Positions 22,501-34,894 of a DNA stretch of 64,000 bases are shown piece by piece. Source of the stretch: Octopus vulgaris (Eukaryota); NCBI GenBank assembly GCA_951406725.2, contig OX597835.1, positions 1,612,001 through 1,676,000 of the forward strand, written 5' to 3'. A program made the translations under genes and the position numbers. Position 1 is the stretch's first letter. Every line of letters starts with the position of its first letter. The notes beneath the pieces are model-generated. The model was not told the origin of the DNA, ran no database searches, and saw only the letters and a program-made list of their open reading frames with translations.

Positions 22501-25500
22501 TATCTTTTTACATCATCCAAAGAATTGAAATTTTTACCATTAAGACTATTCTGCAGAGACCTGAATAAGTGGAAATCAGAAGGAGCAATATATGGTTAAT
22601 ATGGAGGGTGGGGTAACACATCCCAGCCGAGCTCCAGCAATTTTTGTCTGGTTCCCAAAGTATCAAGTCCCGAAAATGAACTTTCTTATCTTCCATTTTA
22701 AAGGGTTACAAAATTAGCACAGGTTGTAGGAACATAAACCTTCTTCCACGAAAAGATAGCTTAAACTGTGCTCTTAAATGGAGGTGTAGCCAAATCCTAT
22801 TTTATGGACTCAACCATGTTCTAAGATAAGTCGAAAGGTAAGCTATTATAAATTGGCACAAACTTTCCGGACAACCCAATATATTATCACATCACTGAAA
22901 TCTCGAAGCTACAAGATGATGCAGGATTAATTCAAAATCATGTGAAGAAATAAGCATTAATCTGAAAAGGTTAAATTTCAGGAATTTTCAATGTTTCTTC
23001 TTGGGAAAACCTTCAGATATGAAACAAACACTCCCTCTCTAGACTCTCCCTTTGTTTACATTTACCACAAGAGGTGTAACAGCATGTGGCCAAGTGGTTA
23101 GGGTGTTGTACTCACGAGTGTGAGATTGTGGTTTTGGTTCTCAGATCAAGTGGTCAAGTGGTGCATTATGTTCTTGAGCAAATCTTTTCATTTCTGCGAT
23201 TACTTCAGAAACTGGTGTGTGGTAGGACTGTGCACCTGAACTGTGCACCCGAACAAGCAATGTCAATTTGATGGAGAGAATGAGTTTAGGTACAGCAAAA
23301 GCATTTCATCACTCGAAACAATTTTATCTGTGCAGGTTGTTTAGCAAGAAATTACAGAATTGTCTTTCTTGGACTACCAACAGCTACAAGCCACACTCTC
23401 TACACTATCACTTTGGCAACCTGGTTTCAATCATGGTTTCTTGTTCTCTTTCCTCCCACAAGTTTCAGAAGTAATACAGAAGTCACAGCTGCCGTTTTTA
23501 CTGGCTTGTAGACCCAGGTTATCATTAGCTTAATTTGGACTTTGCCTCATTGTAGAGCTTTCATTTAACATTAAGTTTTATAATTAGATACAGTCCATTA
23601 TTTAGGGTTTAAAACATGCAGTTGTATCTTTTAACAGGTGAGAAATACTGCTTTAAACAATTACAAATACATACAACAAATTAACAACCAAGGTTTTAAC
23701 CCTTTAGTATTTAATCTGGTCATGCCCAGCCCAAATATTCTACCTGTCTTATGTTCAAACTGACCAGATCTAACCTCTTACACCTACCCTACAATGTCAT
23801 TCTAAAAATACACAAACACACCATTGAAATATTGAGACTACAAAATAATGCATGATTAATTCAAAACAGTGTGAATAAATAAATTTTACATTTGACAGAA
23901 TAATCTGGAAGCTGAAGGGTTAAAGTATGAACAATCATCACGATCAGTCATCACCATCATCGTTGCCTTCATCATTGTCATTGCTGTCAGCATCATCTTC
24001 ATCTCTCTTTCCAGCTGCAACCCGGTTACTCCCACGAATTCCTGTATAATGCAACGTAGCCATGTATCCAGCAAGATACTTCTGATGCTTCTATCATATT
24101 TTTAACCTTTCAAGACCAACTGTTAAGCCACCTCTCTCTCTCTCTATTGTACTCTCACCCAGTTGAGAGAGCTCCTCAGTTTCTGTGAGGTACATGGCAA
24201 CCTTACAAATGCCAGTGCCATGAAAAAAGAAAAAGCACCCAGAACACTCTGTTAAGTGGCTGCTGTGAGGAAAGGTATGCAGTCACAGAAACCTTGCCAA
24301 AGCAGACACTGGCGCACAGCGTAGTCCTTCAACTTATTGGATCCTGTTGAATTGTTCAACTTGTACCAGAATGGAAGACAGACATTAACCCTTTTGTTAC
24401 CAACCTGGCTGAATACAAATGTTTTGTTTTCATAAGTTTTGAATTAAAATCTTCCACCAAACCTTAGTCACAATTTATGTTCCTAACACTAGCTTAATGA
24501 TAACAGAGTTATTTTACTAAATTCTTTGTTATATTTAAATTAATTGAAAGAAACATAGAGCATCTCAAAATAAATACAGTAATGAAAGGGTTAAATGATT
24601 ATAATGATAATACCTCATTTACCTGACAACAGATTAGATGAGAACCAAAACAAAAGACTAGTAGTTCATTAGTGCCAAACTAAATCTCTTTATTGTCATT
24701 ATGTTCTTGTGAGAAAAGATAATTATGAATGTGTTACTGAACTGAAAGTTAAAAATAAGTTATTCTTTCAATATAATGAAATTTTGGGATTGAAGATTTC
24801 CTGTTAGATCATACTATTCAGTATGTAATGGTGGAGCTCCCTTAGACCCACTTGTAGCCCCTAAAATTTTGTGTTGTCATTCTCTCAGTGTTCCTTTCAA
24901 ATATCAAGGGCCAACTTGCTGTCACCACCAGCAAGGCCCATTTTCACACAAAGAATGCCAGATTTCATTCCACCCTAACCTTTCATACTCAAGCACCATC
25001 GATATACAATCTGAATATCTTATAATATATAATAAATAATAATAATAATGAAATTATTGTATACAGTACTCAGGTGCACCACAACTTGTCAGAAAGTGCA
25101 TATAAAGCATATGCAGTAATGTACAAATGTCTGGGAAGTGAACAGTGTATGAGTCAGATACATGCTTGTGTGTGTATGGAGGGGAGAAAATCAGGTGTAG
25201 TGATGGCGAATCTCAAGAAGCATGGAAGTTTTGAAGGATGCAGTGCTCTGACAACTAACAACTGATGTTGGCAGTTTGTTCCAAGCTTCAGCAACTCTTA
25301 GCTGGAAAAAATGTTTCCGAAAGTCATAGGAGCTGTGCTGTTTTCTGACTTTGTAAACATGTCCACGGATGTTAGACAGGTGGAGTTTGAAAAGGTGCTC
25401 AGAGTTATTGTTAGTAAGATGGTTAATAATTTTATAGGTGTCTGCCAAGTCAGCTGCCAGAGTTTCAATGTATCCATGCCCAGGGAACTGGCATTCACAA

Positions 25501-28293
25501 CATGAACAGGGGCCCTCAAAAACATACTCTGGTGGAGACATGGCCATCTTATCTCATTCAACAGCTCAAATACACAATCACAACATACATCAAGAAAATA
25601 CTGTATCCCGTCCCCTCAATCTTAAACCTGAACAACATACAAAAGGAACCTTGAAAGCCACAACACTATCAGTGACAATCCTCAAATCCTCTTCAGAACC
25701 AGCAAATACTTCAGTCCTCAACAATTGCTAACCCTACACAAATCTAAATGAGACCAACTGGTTTGAGTCATGCCTACAATGGAGTACTGCACTTATATCT
25801 GGGGCAGGGCTGTTACTATGCACACAGAGAGCGACACAGCTGATTGGCATTTCCATCGCTAATAATAGACACACTCAAGCCCCTGACCCACAGCTATGCT
25901 GTTTGCACTCCCTGTCGTTTCTATTGCTTCTGTGATGGCTGCTGCTCTTCAGAGCCGACTGGTTCCATACTTTTACCATTCAAGCATTCTTTGCTTGTTT
26001 CTCCTTTTCCCACCAAACCTGATGCATCCAACAATTCCTTCCCCACACCAACCACTCTGCTCAACCCTTCTTCTCCAGAACATCTTCCTCTGAAATCTCT
26101 TCCTTGATCATGTCTTCTCTGTAGGTGTTGATCAACAGTTTAAACAGAACATTAGCAGCACTAATTCCACTAATTTTTGAGGGCTTGCAAGGCTTAATGG
26201 GCCCTGTCCCTTTCTCTAGACTGAGAAATAAAACACACAAAACAGAAAAAGTGGGCTGGTGTTGCTATTAAACATTCAGGCATTGTAGGGCACATCTCAA
26301 AAGAGATCCCCTGCCATGAACTCATTAACATGCTCCAGCCTCTGGCCCACATCTGCTGCACGGGTCTGGTTGGTCTTGTGCAGCTCCACTCCCCCTTTTT
26401 CCTTTTCTCTATACCCACATTGAACCCATCATTCTAAGTTCCATACACACACACACACATTCCATGACAAAACTAACCTCAATTTAACAAAAGCAACCAT
26501 TTTTGCTTCACTTAGAAGCCTTCAGCGTTACAAAGCTTTCGCTGTTCCCAATGATATCAATACACACATTTACGTCTCTATAATTCTTGCAATTCCTTTT
26601 CCTTAGTTGCTGAGATTTCAGTTGTGAAGTTTCACACATGATGGCAGCAGGAAGAATTCCTTCGGAGGTTAATGACATCAGTGGATTCTCTTCATACAGA
26701 GGATCCATAATTTGGAAATGTCTCTTGGATGCATAATTCTAAATTCTATTTACAGAATTGATAAGTAAATTACAAATAGCTGTTTTTAAAACAAAACAAA
26801 AAAAACTAATTTCATAACTAAAGGAATGCATGTGGACACAATATATGTAAGAAGGGTGTTGGTAGAAACTCCATACGTTGTACCCAGTGCAAGCTGTAGA
26901 CATAAGAGGTGCAGCAGTATCACTGGAAAGTTAACAGACAAAATAGTCTTTGTGTGGCAAATGTGTGGGTACAATAAACACTAAGGATGCACAGGGAATA
27001 GACTTCCTCAAATGTTTACGGGGATCTTTAGAAGTAGTCGATAGCTTCTGTTACCAAGGGAACCAGGTTAGTAGTGGAGGAGGAATTTCTGAAAGCATAA
27101 TTGTTAGAATAAGAAAGAGCTGGGCAAAGTTGAGAGAGCTTCTACCTTTATTGGTAATTAAGAGTTTCTCTTTCAGAGTGAAAGTCAAATTGTATGGTAC
27201 CTGTGTACGTACAGCTCTGCTATATGGTAGTGAAACATGGGCCATGACTACAGAGGACTTGCAAAGGTTTGAAAGAAATGAAGGCAGCATGCCCTGCTGG
27301 AGGGGTAATGTCAGTGTGCACATACGATAGAGTGTAAATGATTTAAGAAGAAAACTGGGTATGTCGTGTGCAAGAGAGAAGACTGCACTGATATATGTTC
27401 ATGTGATACATATGGATGTGGACAGCTGCTTAAAGTGCCAATCTCTAATTGTGGAAGAGGTAGACCCAGGAAGATGCGGGAGGTGAACGTAATGTTCCCT
27501 CCATTACTATTCATTACGAGCAAGGTTAGAAATATTTGTTTTTATATTTGACAGCTATCGTTGTTTAACCCCAGGTGAAACCTAAGAAGACCAATGATCA
27601 AATGCAATCCGGCGGAGACCATCCCATCTTAACAGCATATGTAAGATTATGCTATCCAATGTATCCCGTTTTTTAAGACGGTAGGGTACAATTTGAGGAA
27701 GCATTGGCTGATATTTCTAACAGGCTGGGCAACCACGTTGTAGTGTAGTTAGGTGTAGTAATAATAGTGATTGTGGTAGTGTTGGTATTCGAATAGGTAA
27801 GTATGGGGTTTATGATGTTGATAGGGGTTTCAGAAGGGGGGAGGGAGTCGTAGTTAATGGTTTTGTTGTTCAGTATTAAATGAGCAGATTTATGCTCCAA
27901 GTATTCCGTCTTTATTTCAGACAGAGTATTTTCCTATTTTAAGACCACAGGGTCTGAGAATTGAGAGCGGGTCGTGCAAACACGTCGAAGTCTTCCTCTG
28001 GTCAAAAGTGGGGGAGGTGACTCCAACCATTAATAATGGTTATTTTCTATCTTTATAAAATAAAACGTGTATTTTATAGAACGAGGTCTAACAGTAGGTA
28101 AAAGAAAAATTGGAAAGAAGAAACAGATATTATAGCAAAGGATCTGGAAGAAATGTAGCCAAAGACCCAGTTTTCGGCGACGTTCAATGTCAATAACATG
28201 TAAGGGTTTTAAAGACTCTTATAGTTGCGAGAAATTTGTGTTACCTTTACGTGGAGATCTTGAACGGGAACGAGAGCGACTCCTTCGAGGCAT
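9743..28293 (-). CDS. SNRNP27: U4/U6.U5 tri-snRNP 27 kDa protein, 8 coding exons, 178 aa
   Basis: Minus-strand exons 28293-28245, 22068-22036, 20377-20200, 18395-18381, 16060-15996, 14045-13966, 12833-12772 and 9797-9743. All are GT-AG, phases are consistent, and the total is 537 nt. N-terminal RS domain plus the diagnostic C-terminus KTDEEKEMFRVMGFLQFDTTK...[23 protein letters not shown]. Confidence 0.93.
9880..10224 (+). mobile_element. SINE family A, near full length
   Basis: Head ggcgtaggagtggctgtgtgg through tail gtaaaagagta. Confidence 0.9.
10225..10604 (-). mobile_element. SINE family A, tail-to-tail with the previous copy
   Basis: Reverse complement of the same consensus. Confidence 0.9.
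12235..12640 (-). mobile_element. SINE family A
   Basis: Same consensus. Further copies at ~6085-6200, 16640-16900, 30690-31085, 32865-33312, 47590-47750, 50690-50865, 58733-59105, 60645-61035 and 62505-62900. Confidence 0.85.
12772..12833 (-). CDS. SNRNP27: SNRNP27 exon 7 (EKPVNKKPIYVANIVHKRKY)
   Basis: ttttctccag|...ag|gtgcgt. Confidence 0.9.
13966..14045 (-). CDS. SNRNP27: SNRNP27 exon 6 (SQLTDKTDEEKEMFRVMGFLQFDTTK)
   Basis: tatttccag|...aaa|gtaagt; conserved MGFxxFDxTK motif. Confidence 0.92.
15370..15760 (+). mobile_element. Gypsy-type LTR retrotransposon integrase C-terminal remnant
   Basis: YRIIPNPNTNSGNSPAELMF...FKVGDRVHFKNY. Confidence 0.6.
15996..16060 (-). CDS. SNRNP27: SNRNP27 exon 5 (MVRSDDSDEEVQFIMEEKPHD)
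   Basis: catttgtag|...a|gtaagt; supplies the phase 2 to phase 1 shift needed between flanking exons. Confidence 0.8.
16155..16346 (-). mobile_element. tRNA-derived SINE family C
   Basis: GTGGAGGCACATGGCCTTGTGGTTAGAGCAGCGGACTCG...GGTTCGAATC. Confidence 0.7.
18050..18241 (+). mobile_element. Helitron-like 3' end (5' boundary unknown)
   Basis: gggcaacgctgggtatctctgCTAG|t: subterminal GC hairpin remnant plus CTAG followed by T. Confidence 0.4.
18381..18395 (-). CDS. SNRNP27: SNRNP27 exon 4 (15-nt microexon, DRRN)
   Basis: ttgtttcag|agaccgacgaaataa|gtgagt; phase 2-2. Confidence 0.65.
   Translation of the reverse strand, partial: RPTK
19108..19345 (+). mobile_element. tRNA-derived SINE family B
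   Basis: gcaagctggcagaatcgttagc...gttcaaattc...gcctttcatccttttggggtcgataaattaagtaccag; inverted copies at ~20615-20815 and 59185-59375. Confidence 0.75.
19500..20190 (+). mobile_element. RTE LINE 3' end with UTR and (GAT)n tail
   Basis: RNGASMLRWMCNV...LREKLG...WYGH...GRGGPRKT, then the common ggaagggcatccagcc...ccatgccagcatgga...(gat)n tail. The tail also occurs at ~14820-14970, 31760-31900, 38005-38245, 42580-42745, 50220-50460, 54347-54740 and 55779-56075. Confidence 0.75.
20200..20377 (-). CDS. SNRNP27: SNRNP27 exon 3 (RS domain)
   Basis: atttccag|...cg|gtatgt; HRRRSRSRSRSRSAPRYRSRSRSAPRYRSRSRSPPRYRSRSRSPRGRYRSRSRSPGRKNR. Confidence 0.9.
21106..21574 (+). mobile_element. CR1/L2-group LINE 3' fragment with (TAAC)n tail and ACACCA TSD, inserted into a SINE A
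   Basis: ORF 21144-21488 LSYDERLRTLDLYSLEKRR...RGHSEKL...FSVRVADPWNKLP; acacca at 21100-21105 and 21575-21580. Confidence 0.85.
22036..22068 (-). CDS. SNRNP27: SNRNP27 exon 2 (ERERRRDRERK)
   Basis: tttttcag|...c|gtatg; 33 nt, phase 1-1. Confidence 0.85.
22313..22879 (-). mobile_element. Internally deleted mariner element with ~30-bp TIRs and TA TSD
   Basis: ta|ttgggttgtctggaaagtttgtgc ... gcacaaactttccggacaacccaa|ta; mariner transposase N- and C-terminal remnants inside. Confidence 0.85.
23700..23919. mobile_element. piggyBac-type MITE (TTAA|CCC...GGG|TTAA)
   Basis: ttaa|ccctttag ... ctgaaggg|ttaa. Related copies at ~765-915, ~22198-22975 (split by the mariner) and 48909-49367. Confidence 0.7.
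24389..24590. mobile_element. Second piggyBac-type MITE family
   Basis: ttaa|cccttttgttac ... gtaatgaaaggg|ttaa. Confidence 0.7.
25030..25450 (-). mobile_element. CR1/L2-group LINE 3' end with (ATT)n tail
   Basis: DLADTYKII...RGHVYKV...HFFQLRVAEAWNKLP. Confidence 0.8.
26830..27480 (+). mobile_element. RTE LINE ORF2 fragment
   Basis: LEVVDSFCY..., ALLYGSETWAMT, GRGRPRK; frameshifted. Confidence 0.8.
28245..28293 (-). CDS. SNRNP27: SNRNP27 exon 1 (MPRRSRSRSRSRSPRK)
   Basis: ATG at 28293; donor g|gtaac. Confidence 0.9.
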
Positions 28294-28420
28294 GTTGAGC
28301 TGGTTTAAGTGAGAAATAAAGGAAATGAAATTTTAGGCCAAAACAAGAGAATCGCAGACCACCATGTTGAAGTTAATGCAGAGCTACTGGAGGTAATGAA
28401 AACGAACGAAGTAAACAAAT
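28294..28420 (-). promoter_or_regulatory. Probable 5' UTR/promoter of SNRNP27 (or acceptor of a 5' UTR intron)
   Basis: Immediately upstream of the ATG and locally CpG-retaining. A pyrimidine tract ending ccag lies 6 nt before the ATG. Confidence 0.35.
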
Positions 28421-31400
28421 ACCAAAGGAAAAGAAAATATCGAATGAAAACTTATAAATTACACGTAAGAAAGTTTTTGGAAAGATGCAGAAATATTAAT
28501 AAGCATTTTAAAAAGTTTTTCTAAAATGCCTTAAAATTCGAAAATATTTATAGGAACACTTTTCATGACCTCTCGTTGCTGACATCTGAAGTCAATAAAT
28601 TATAAACACAATACTTTCTACTATAAACATAATAAGGCCTAACATTTTGTTGGGGGTGGGGCTGGTCGACTGCATTGATATCAATACTTAACTGGTACTT
28701 ATTTTGTCCGGCATGCTAACGATTCTCTCAGCTCACCGCCTTTAGTACAGACCCACAATCGAGGTCAGGAACTGGCAAGATATTTCGAGAATTGGGCTTC
28801 ATTACTAAAATAATCCAAGTTAATTTTTCGTCGGCATACTAATCAGGAGGTGCTGCCGACCGCAGTTTACGAGGAAAATATTTACTGCATTTTTGAGATT
28901 GAGAACATTTTTTTTTTTACTAATGGTGCGCCCCATGGTGGTGCTCCAGCATGACCACAGCCGCATGGCTGAAACGAGTAAAAGAGTTAATGTTCACTAC
29001 CTTACGTAAACTATATCAGCTGAACAAATGATTTTCTCTAAATGCATTAAAAGCACAGTAACATTCAGAATACTATTTTAGAAAATTATCTCCGTTCTCT
29101 TTGAGCAAATAAATTTAACTGGGGCAAAATGAGTAGGCCTGACAAGGTAAACTTGTTTCTGCAGTTCTCCAGAATGACATTTGAAAGCAGACACACACAT
29201 CAGTATCCATCCTTAGACATCAGAAATGCTACAAAAATTTAAACTATCTAGGTCAAATGAAAGAGGACCAGAGAAAAATGACACATGATAGGAGATTGAC
29301 GAATCTCGACAACATCTAAAAAAAAAAACTCAACGTAAAATATTCTCAATCGCTTCTTCACAATCGGCTGAAGCAGCTCTCTTCATGTCCGAGCAGTTTA
29401 AGAAGAAATTATAAAATTATAGAAATAATTCATTACTCATTTTGCCCCCATTTTACATATCTCCCCCCCCCCCCGAAAACTGAAAATTATCAAGTTAGAC
29501 ATAGACATGAGTGTGGGAAAAAATTGACTTGGAATCCCAAGAGAAAAGAATTTTGACTGTTAAAGACCCCAAAATTATCCAGATACTTTATTAGCAACCT
29601 CAGTTACAATTGGGTCAAAGTTGAGGAAAATTTCTTGGAAAAAATACCTGTCGCCTGACCGTTTCACACTCTCTCAAATTCAATAAGTATGCTGACCAAT
29701 TTCCACTCCCAAAGATGATGCAACAGTATAAAAGGATGATGCGATATTTTCAATGGGATGGTTTCAAACAGAGGTAGGGGAAAAAAATAAGAAAGCAAGA
29801 ATTACTCATTTTGTTCACTCCCTCAGCATCAGAAAAAATGAAAATTTGAAAAATTAATTTTTTTCTGTCAAGATCGTAACATCCGTTTCTTTAAACATGG
29901 AATTCTCCAAAAAACATTTTCTGAAAAAAAGCTAAAAATGAAGGATTGAGGAATTAAATTAAAAATGGGAAAAGTTGTTTTTGGTTTTTGTAGAATCATA
30001 ATCTTCATTGTTCAAATCATGGGAATCCCTCCACCGCCCAAAAAATTGAAACATGAAATAAAAATAAAGGTGAGGATATCAACTATTCAACACATCCACC
30101 TGTAGACTGGCGAATAGTGTTGATGTTTCCATTTTCATTTTCTGATAGAATTAATGATGGCATATTCTTGTGATAGACGAACTTAAAAAAGATTTTCTGC
30201 TTGAAGAAGTACGTCTGTTCCTTGAAACAAACTGACGTGTGAGTCCATAAGTAATTGCTCAGACTGCCAGAAATAGTAGCCAAAGCTCCCTCATATCATG
30301 CCCTACTTAATTAAAACTATCCCAGATATGGAAGCAGTATTCCATTGTGGATCTCATAAGACCTTTGTTGAGAGTAAACATCTGTTTGAAGCTGAGAGTT
30401 TTTCTGGTTCCATTGATGACTCTCAGGGTTTGAAATGCAGATGATGCCAAGTTGTAAGCTCATAACTGGTCATGAGACCTCATATATGTAGTTTGAAGGT
30501 TTTAGTTCAATGTTATCCAGTCAGTCAACCTGCTAGAAATAGCAAATAAATCTCTCCCTCCCCACAAAAAAAACAAAATTACTCCTCAGTCATAAGAAAT
30601 GAAGGAAGCCCTGCATTACATCATCCTACATCCAGCCTTGTCCTTCTCCTTGATCAGAGATGACCTGGGGCTATATAACAGCATATCTTTTATCTATTAT
30701 CTTTTACTTGTTTCAGCCATTAGAGTGTGGTCATGCTGGGGCACTGCCTTGAAGAACTTTTAGTCAAATGAATCAACCCCAGTACTTTATTTTTTAGCCT
30801 GGTACATATTTTATCAATCTCTTGCTGAACTGCTAAGTTATCAGGGCATAAACAAACCAACACCAGTTATCAAGTGAAAATGGGGGACGAATATATACAC
30901 AAAGATACATATATACATATGACAGGCTTCTTTCAGTTCCCATCTACCAAATCTGCTTACAAGGCTTTGGTTAACCTGAGGCTACAGTAGAAGACACCAG
31001 CCTAAGGTGCCACGTCGTGGGACTGAACCTGGAACCATGTGGTTAAGAAGCTAACTTCTTACCACACTGCCATGTCTGTGCCTATGGTATACATTCTTTT
31101 CATGCGCACCACTTCTTTCATGAATTCATCTTGTAACGGGTCTATACTTTGATTGGAATCTGAAACCTGTTATTTCCCAATCAGGAAATTCCTTGTCAAA
31201 AACATCTGGAATTTTGATAGATCAAGTAATGACACCAGCAGAAAATCTACCCAATAAAACTCTATGTAGACAACTCCCAGATTTTCAAGTAATGATATCA
31301 CTGCAGATGTATCTTGTCAGATTTGTTCTGGAGCATATAAAAGGAGAGTGCATGTGAGGACAAGGACAGACACACAGACAGGAGTGAATGACAGAGACAT

Positions 31401-33062
31401 ACAAATGACAGGCAGATCAGAGGACAGATTTAGTCAAGCATTTAGTTTGGGTGACATTCAATATCAGAGGTGGTTCGTTGTTGACCTGACTTGTCAAACA
31501 TGAATCAGCATTTTAACATCCACTTTGCCATGGGTCAGGTGAAATTTGTTGAGGCACGTTTCCTACATTTTGACACTCTTCTTGTCAGCAATAACACAAC
31601 TGCTTCAAGCAAAGTAATATTTGCTCTTGGCTGAACATATTTTCATGGAAAACTGGAACCAAAAGACACTGATTGTATTATGGTGACGCTTGCTTACAAC
31701 CATCACTTGATGTCAAAACACAGAGACACTAATACACACACACATGTATGTATGCATCATCATCATCATCATTTAACATCTTTTGCCCATGCTGGCATGG
31801 GTTGGATGGTTCGACCAGAGCTGCACCAGGATCCAGTCTGATCTGGCTGGATGCCCTTCTTAATGCTAACCATTTTATAGTGTGGAAGGTGCTTTTACAT
31901 GGCACTGGCATGTATGTGTGTGTGTGTGTATACCACAAGCTTCTTTCAGTTTCCATCTACCAAATCCACTCACAAGGCTTTGGTCAGCCTGAGGCTATAG
32001 TGGAAGACACTTGCCCAAGGTGCCATGCAGTGGGGCTGAACCCAAAACAAACTACAAATAACTGAACAGCTACTAACTTAAAAATTACATGATGGTAGGG
32101 GACACATGCATTCATTCTCTTTCTCTCTCTCTCCCTCTCTCTCCCTTTCTATCCCTCTTTCCTTATATATCTCTCTCATCTACACTTAACTATAGATCCT
32201 ATTTAATCAAGCCACTGCATGAAGAAGGATGTTTCGATGTTTATTTGTTGTTCTTCATCGGACCACACTGTCCAATGTAAGCTTTTAACAATAAACATTT
32301 GTTGAATCAAAAATGAATCAAAATTGACTTCTCTCTCATTCATCCAACTTTCCATTCGTCTTAATGGCTAATTTGATAATCACCGCCTCATATTTTATTG
32401 GTGAAGGATCAGTGATTAAACTGGCTTCTTACTGGGCTTGACAAGTTGAAGAGGATATGTGGTCCTGAAGAGCCAAAAGCACCAAGAGAGGAGTTGGGTG
32501 CCACCAATAATTACAAAGCCCAAGTCTACACTTAATGAAAGTCAAACTAATAATATTCTATATCAGATTGGTCAAATGTGTGAAGAAAGTTGAAGACTGA
32601 GAGAAATGGCAAAGACTGGTCCCCAAAAAAGTTGAAGAATCCCAATGGCAGAAATGGTATGGGAAAACAGAAATGATACATTTATGTGTAAACATCATAA
32701 AAAATCTATCCACTGCAAATCAAAAGTAAAAACAAGCAAAAACAACACAAGTCAATAGGACGAACTCAGGGAATATATTGAACTGATGATGATGATGATG
32801 ATGATGATGCTGCCGAGTGAAAGTTTCATATGAAAAAAAGAAGCAAAAAAACAGGGAAAGTCTTCTCTTTTACTCTTTTACTTGTTTCAGTCATGTGACT
32901 GTGGCCATGCTGGAGCACCGCCTTTAGTTGAGCAAATCGACCCCAGGACTTATACTTCGTAAGTCTAGTATTTATTCTATCGGTCTCTTTTTGCTGAACT
33001 GCTAAGTTATGGGGACGTAAACCCGCCAGCATCAGTTGTCAAGCAATGTTGGGGGGGGGGGA

Positions 33063-33153
<91 letters not shown>

Positions 33154-34239
33154 CGGGCTTCTTTCAGTTTCCATCTACCAAATCCACTCACAAGGCTTTG
33201 GTCGGCCTGAGGCTACAGTAGAAGACACTTGCCCAAGGTGCCACGGAGTGGGACTGAACCCGGAACCATGTGGTTGGTAAGTAAGCTACTTACCACACAA
33301 CCACTCCTGCACCCGTATGTATATAGTAAGTTTGGAAAACATTTTGTGCTAACAACAGCTTTTCTTGGTTGACAAATTCTCTTAGGATTAAGGATTAGTC
33401 AATGATTGTTACAAATATAGAATACAGAAATGAATGAAGTCAAAAGAAAAAAAATTAAGGTGAGATAAGGTTGATCAAATCACCTTTCAAATTGAACTCA
33501 GTGGCTATTGTTTATTGGATATAAGTACAACAGCAGTTAACCTATTTATGTAGGTTAATTTTAAATCAATGGACAGTAATAGTCATTTGCTGTCACCTCA
33601 TCCTCTCTGATCTTTATTTATACCTACCTACTTTAAAGTAAGATTGAAGTCATTTATCAGGACTGGTATCTGGTTACATGTTATATAGAAAGGTAGGGTA
33701 TAGGTAACAAAGACGACACTGATCTACTCTAATGACAAAAAGGTGCCACACAGAAGTCAATATGACACAAAGGTTGAATGTTTTAGAAAATAACTGAATA
33801 AGAAAGAGGATTATAATTCAATCCCTCTGTTAATATTCTTTCAGTTATAGGCACAAGGTCTGAAATTTTGGTGTGGAATAGTTTAGGATTAAATGTTGAT
33901 GGGAGCTTCCATATGCTGGTGCTAAATAAAAGTTCCAATTGAGAATTGGTTGAAAGGTTGCAGAGAATATTTTGAAAAGACTTGAAGAAATGGGGGATCA
34001 CAGAAAATTGTATGGGGTTGCTAAGAGAAAAGCTGGGCACCAGGTTTAAGTTGCAATGGGTGAAGCAGAAAGGAAGAAGTTTGCCAGTATTCAATGGTGT
34101 GAGGACGAGAGGTGTTGGTTGTTCTGTATTGCAACATAGTGTATCAGAAAGAATCAAGATGTTATGGGTGTGAAGTGTACATGGGTGGATAATGGCACAA
34201 TTGTACTTGGTAATTCTGAGAAGAAAGAAGCATGGAAGT

Positions 34240-34890
34240 GCTACCATGAATGGCTATTAAATGTGGAGAATGCATGGAAGAGAGTCTTCCCAGTGTGAAT
34301 CCAACAGAGCCGGGGCCAACCATTCTAGTTGACAGCAGCTTGATGGATAAATCACTGAAGTATTCAAAAACAAGGAAAGTCCCTAATTCATCAGGAATTA
34401 ACACTGAGAAGCTTAAAATGTCTGACAGAACGGGATGTGGCCTCGTCAGCTATGTTGTTGTTAATCAGGTCATATAGGGAGATGTCAAATGCAATGACTA
34501 ACTTAGCAGCATTCGAGTCAACTGTTACAAGACAGAAGTATCAAATAACTGGACCAGTCATGAAAGTTATGTAAAGAGTTGTAGTCCAAATGATTAAGAA
34601 GAGAATTAGCTTAAATGAGATGCAGTTTGGTTTTGTATTGGAGAGAAGTACTATTGATGTCCTCTTTCTTACAGGCAATTACAGAAGTATTTAGCCAAAG
34701 TAAACCACTGTACTTGGCATTTGTTAAGAGAAAGTATTCAACAGAGTTGCTCTGTGATCTTGAAATGGTGATTAGATGAATGGCAGGGGAGAGCCATGCA
34801 GGTCGGTAAGGTGTGAATTAGCATTGAGTACAGTGATGGATTTCGTGTGCAGGACTCAGTTCTCAGTCTCCTATTTATTGTAGTTCCCTG
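34240..34890 (+). mobile_element. Degenerate RTE LINE RT fragment
   Basis: LNEMQFGFV...STIDVLF motif near 34610-34670. Confidence 0.6.
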
Positions 34891-34894
34891 GACC

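Noticed and set aside
29120-29448. 15-bp inverted repeat ggggcaaaatgagta / tactcattttgcccc
   Set aside because: No clear TSD or element boundaries; too short to call a MITE
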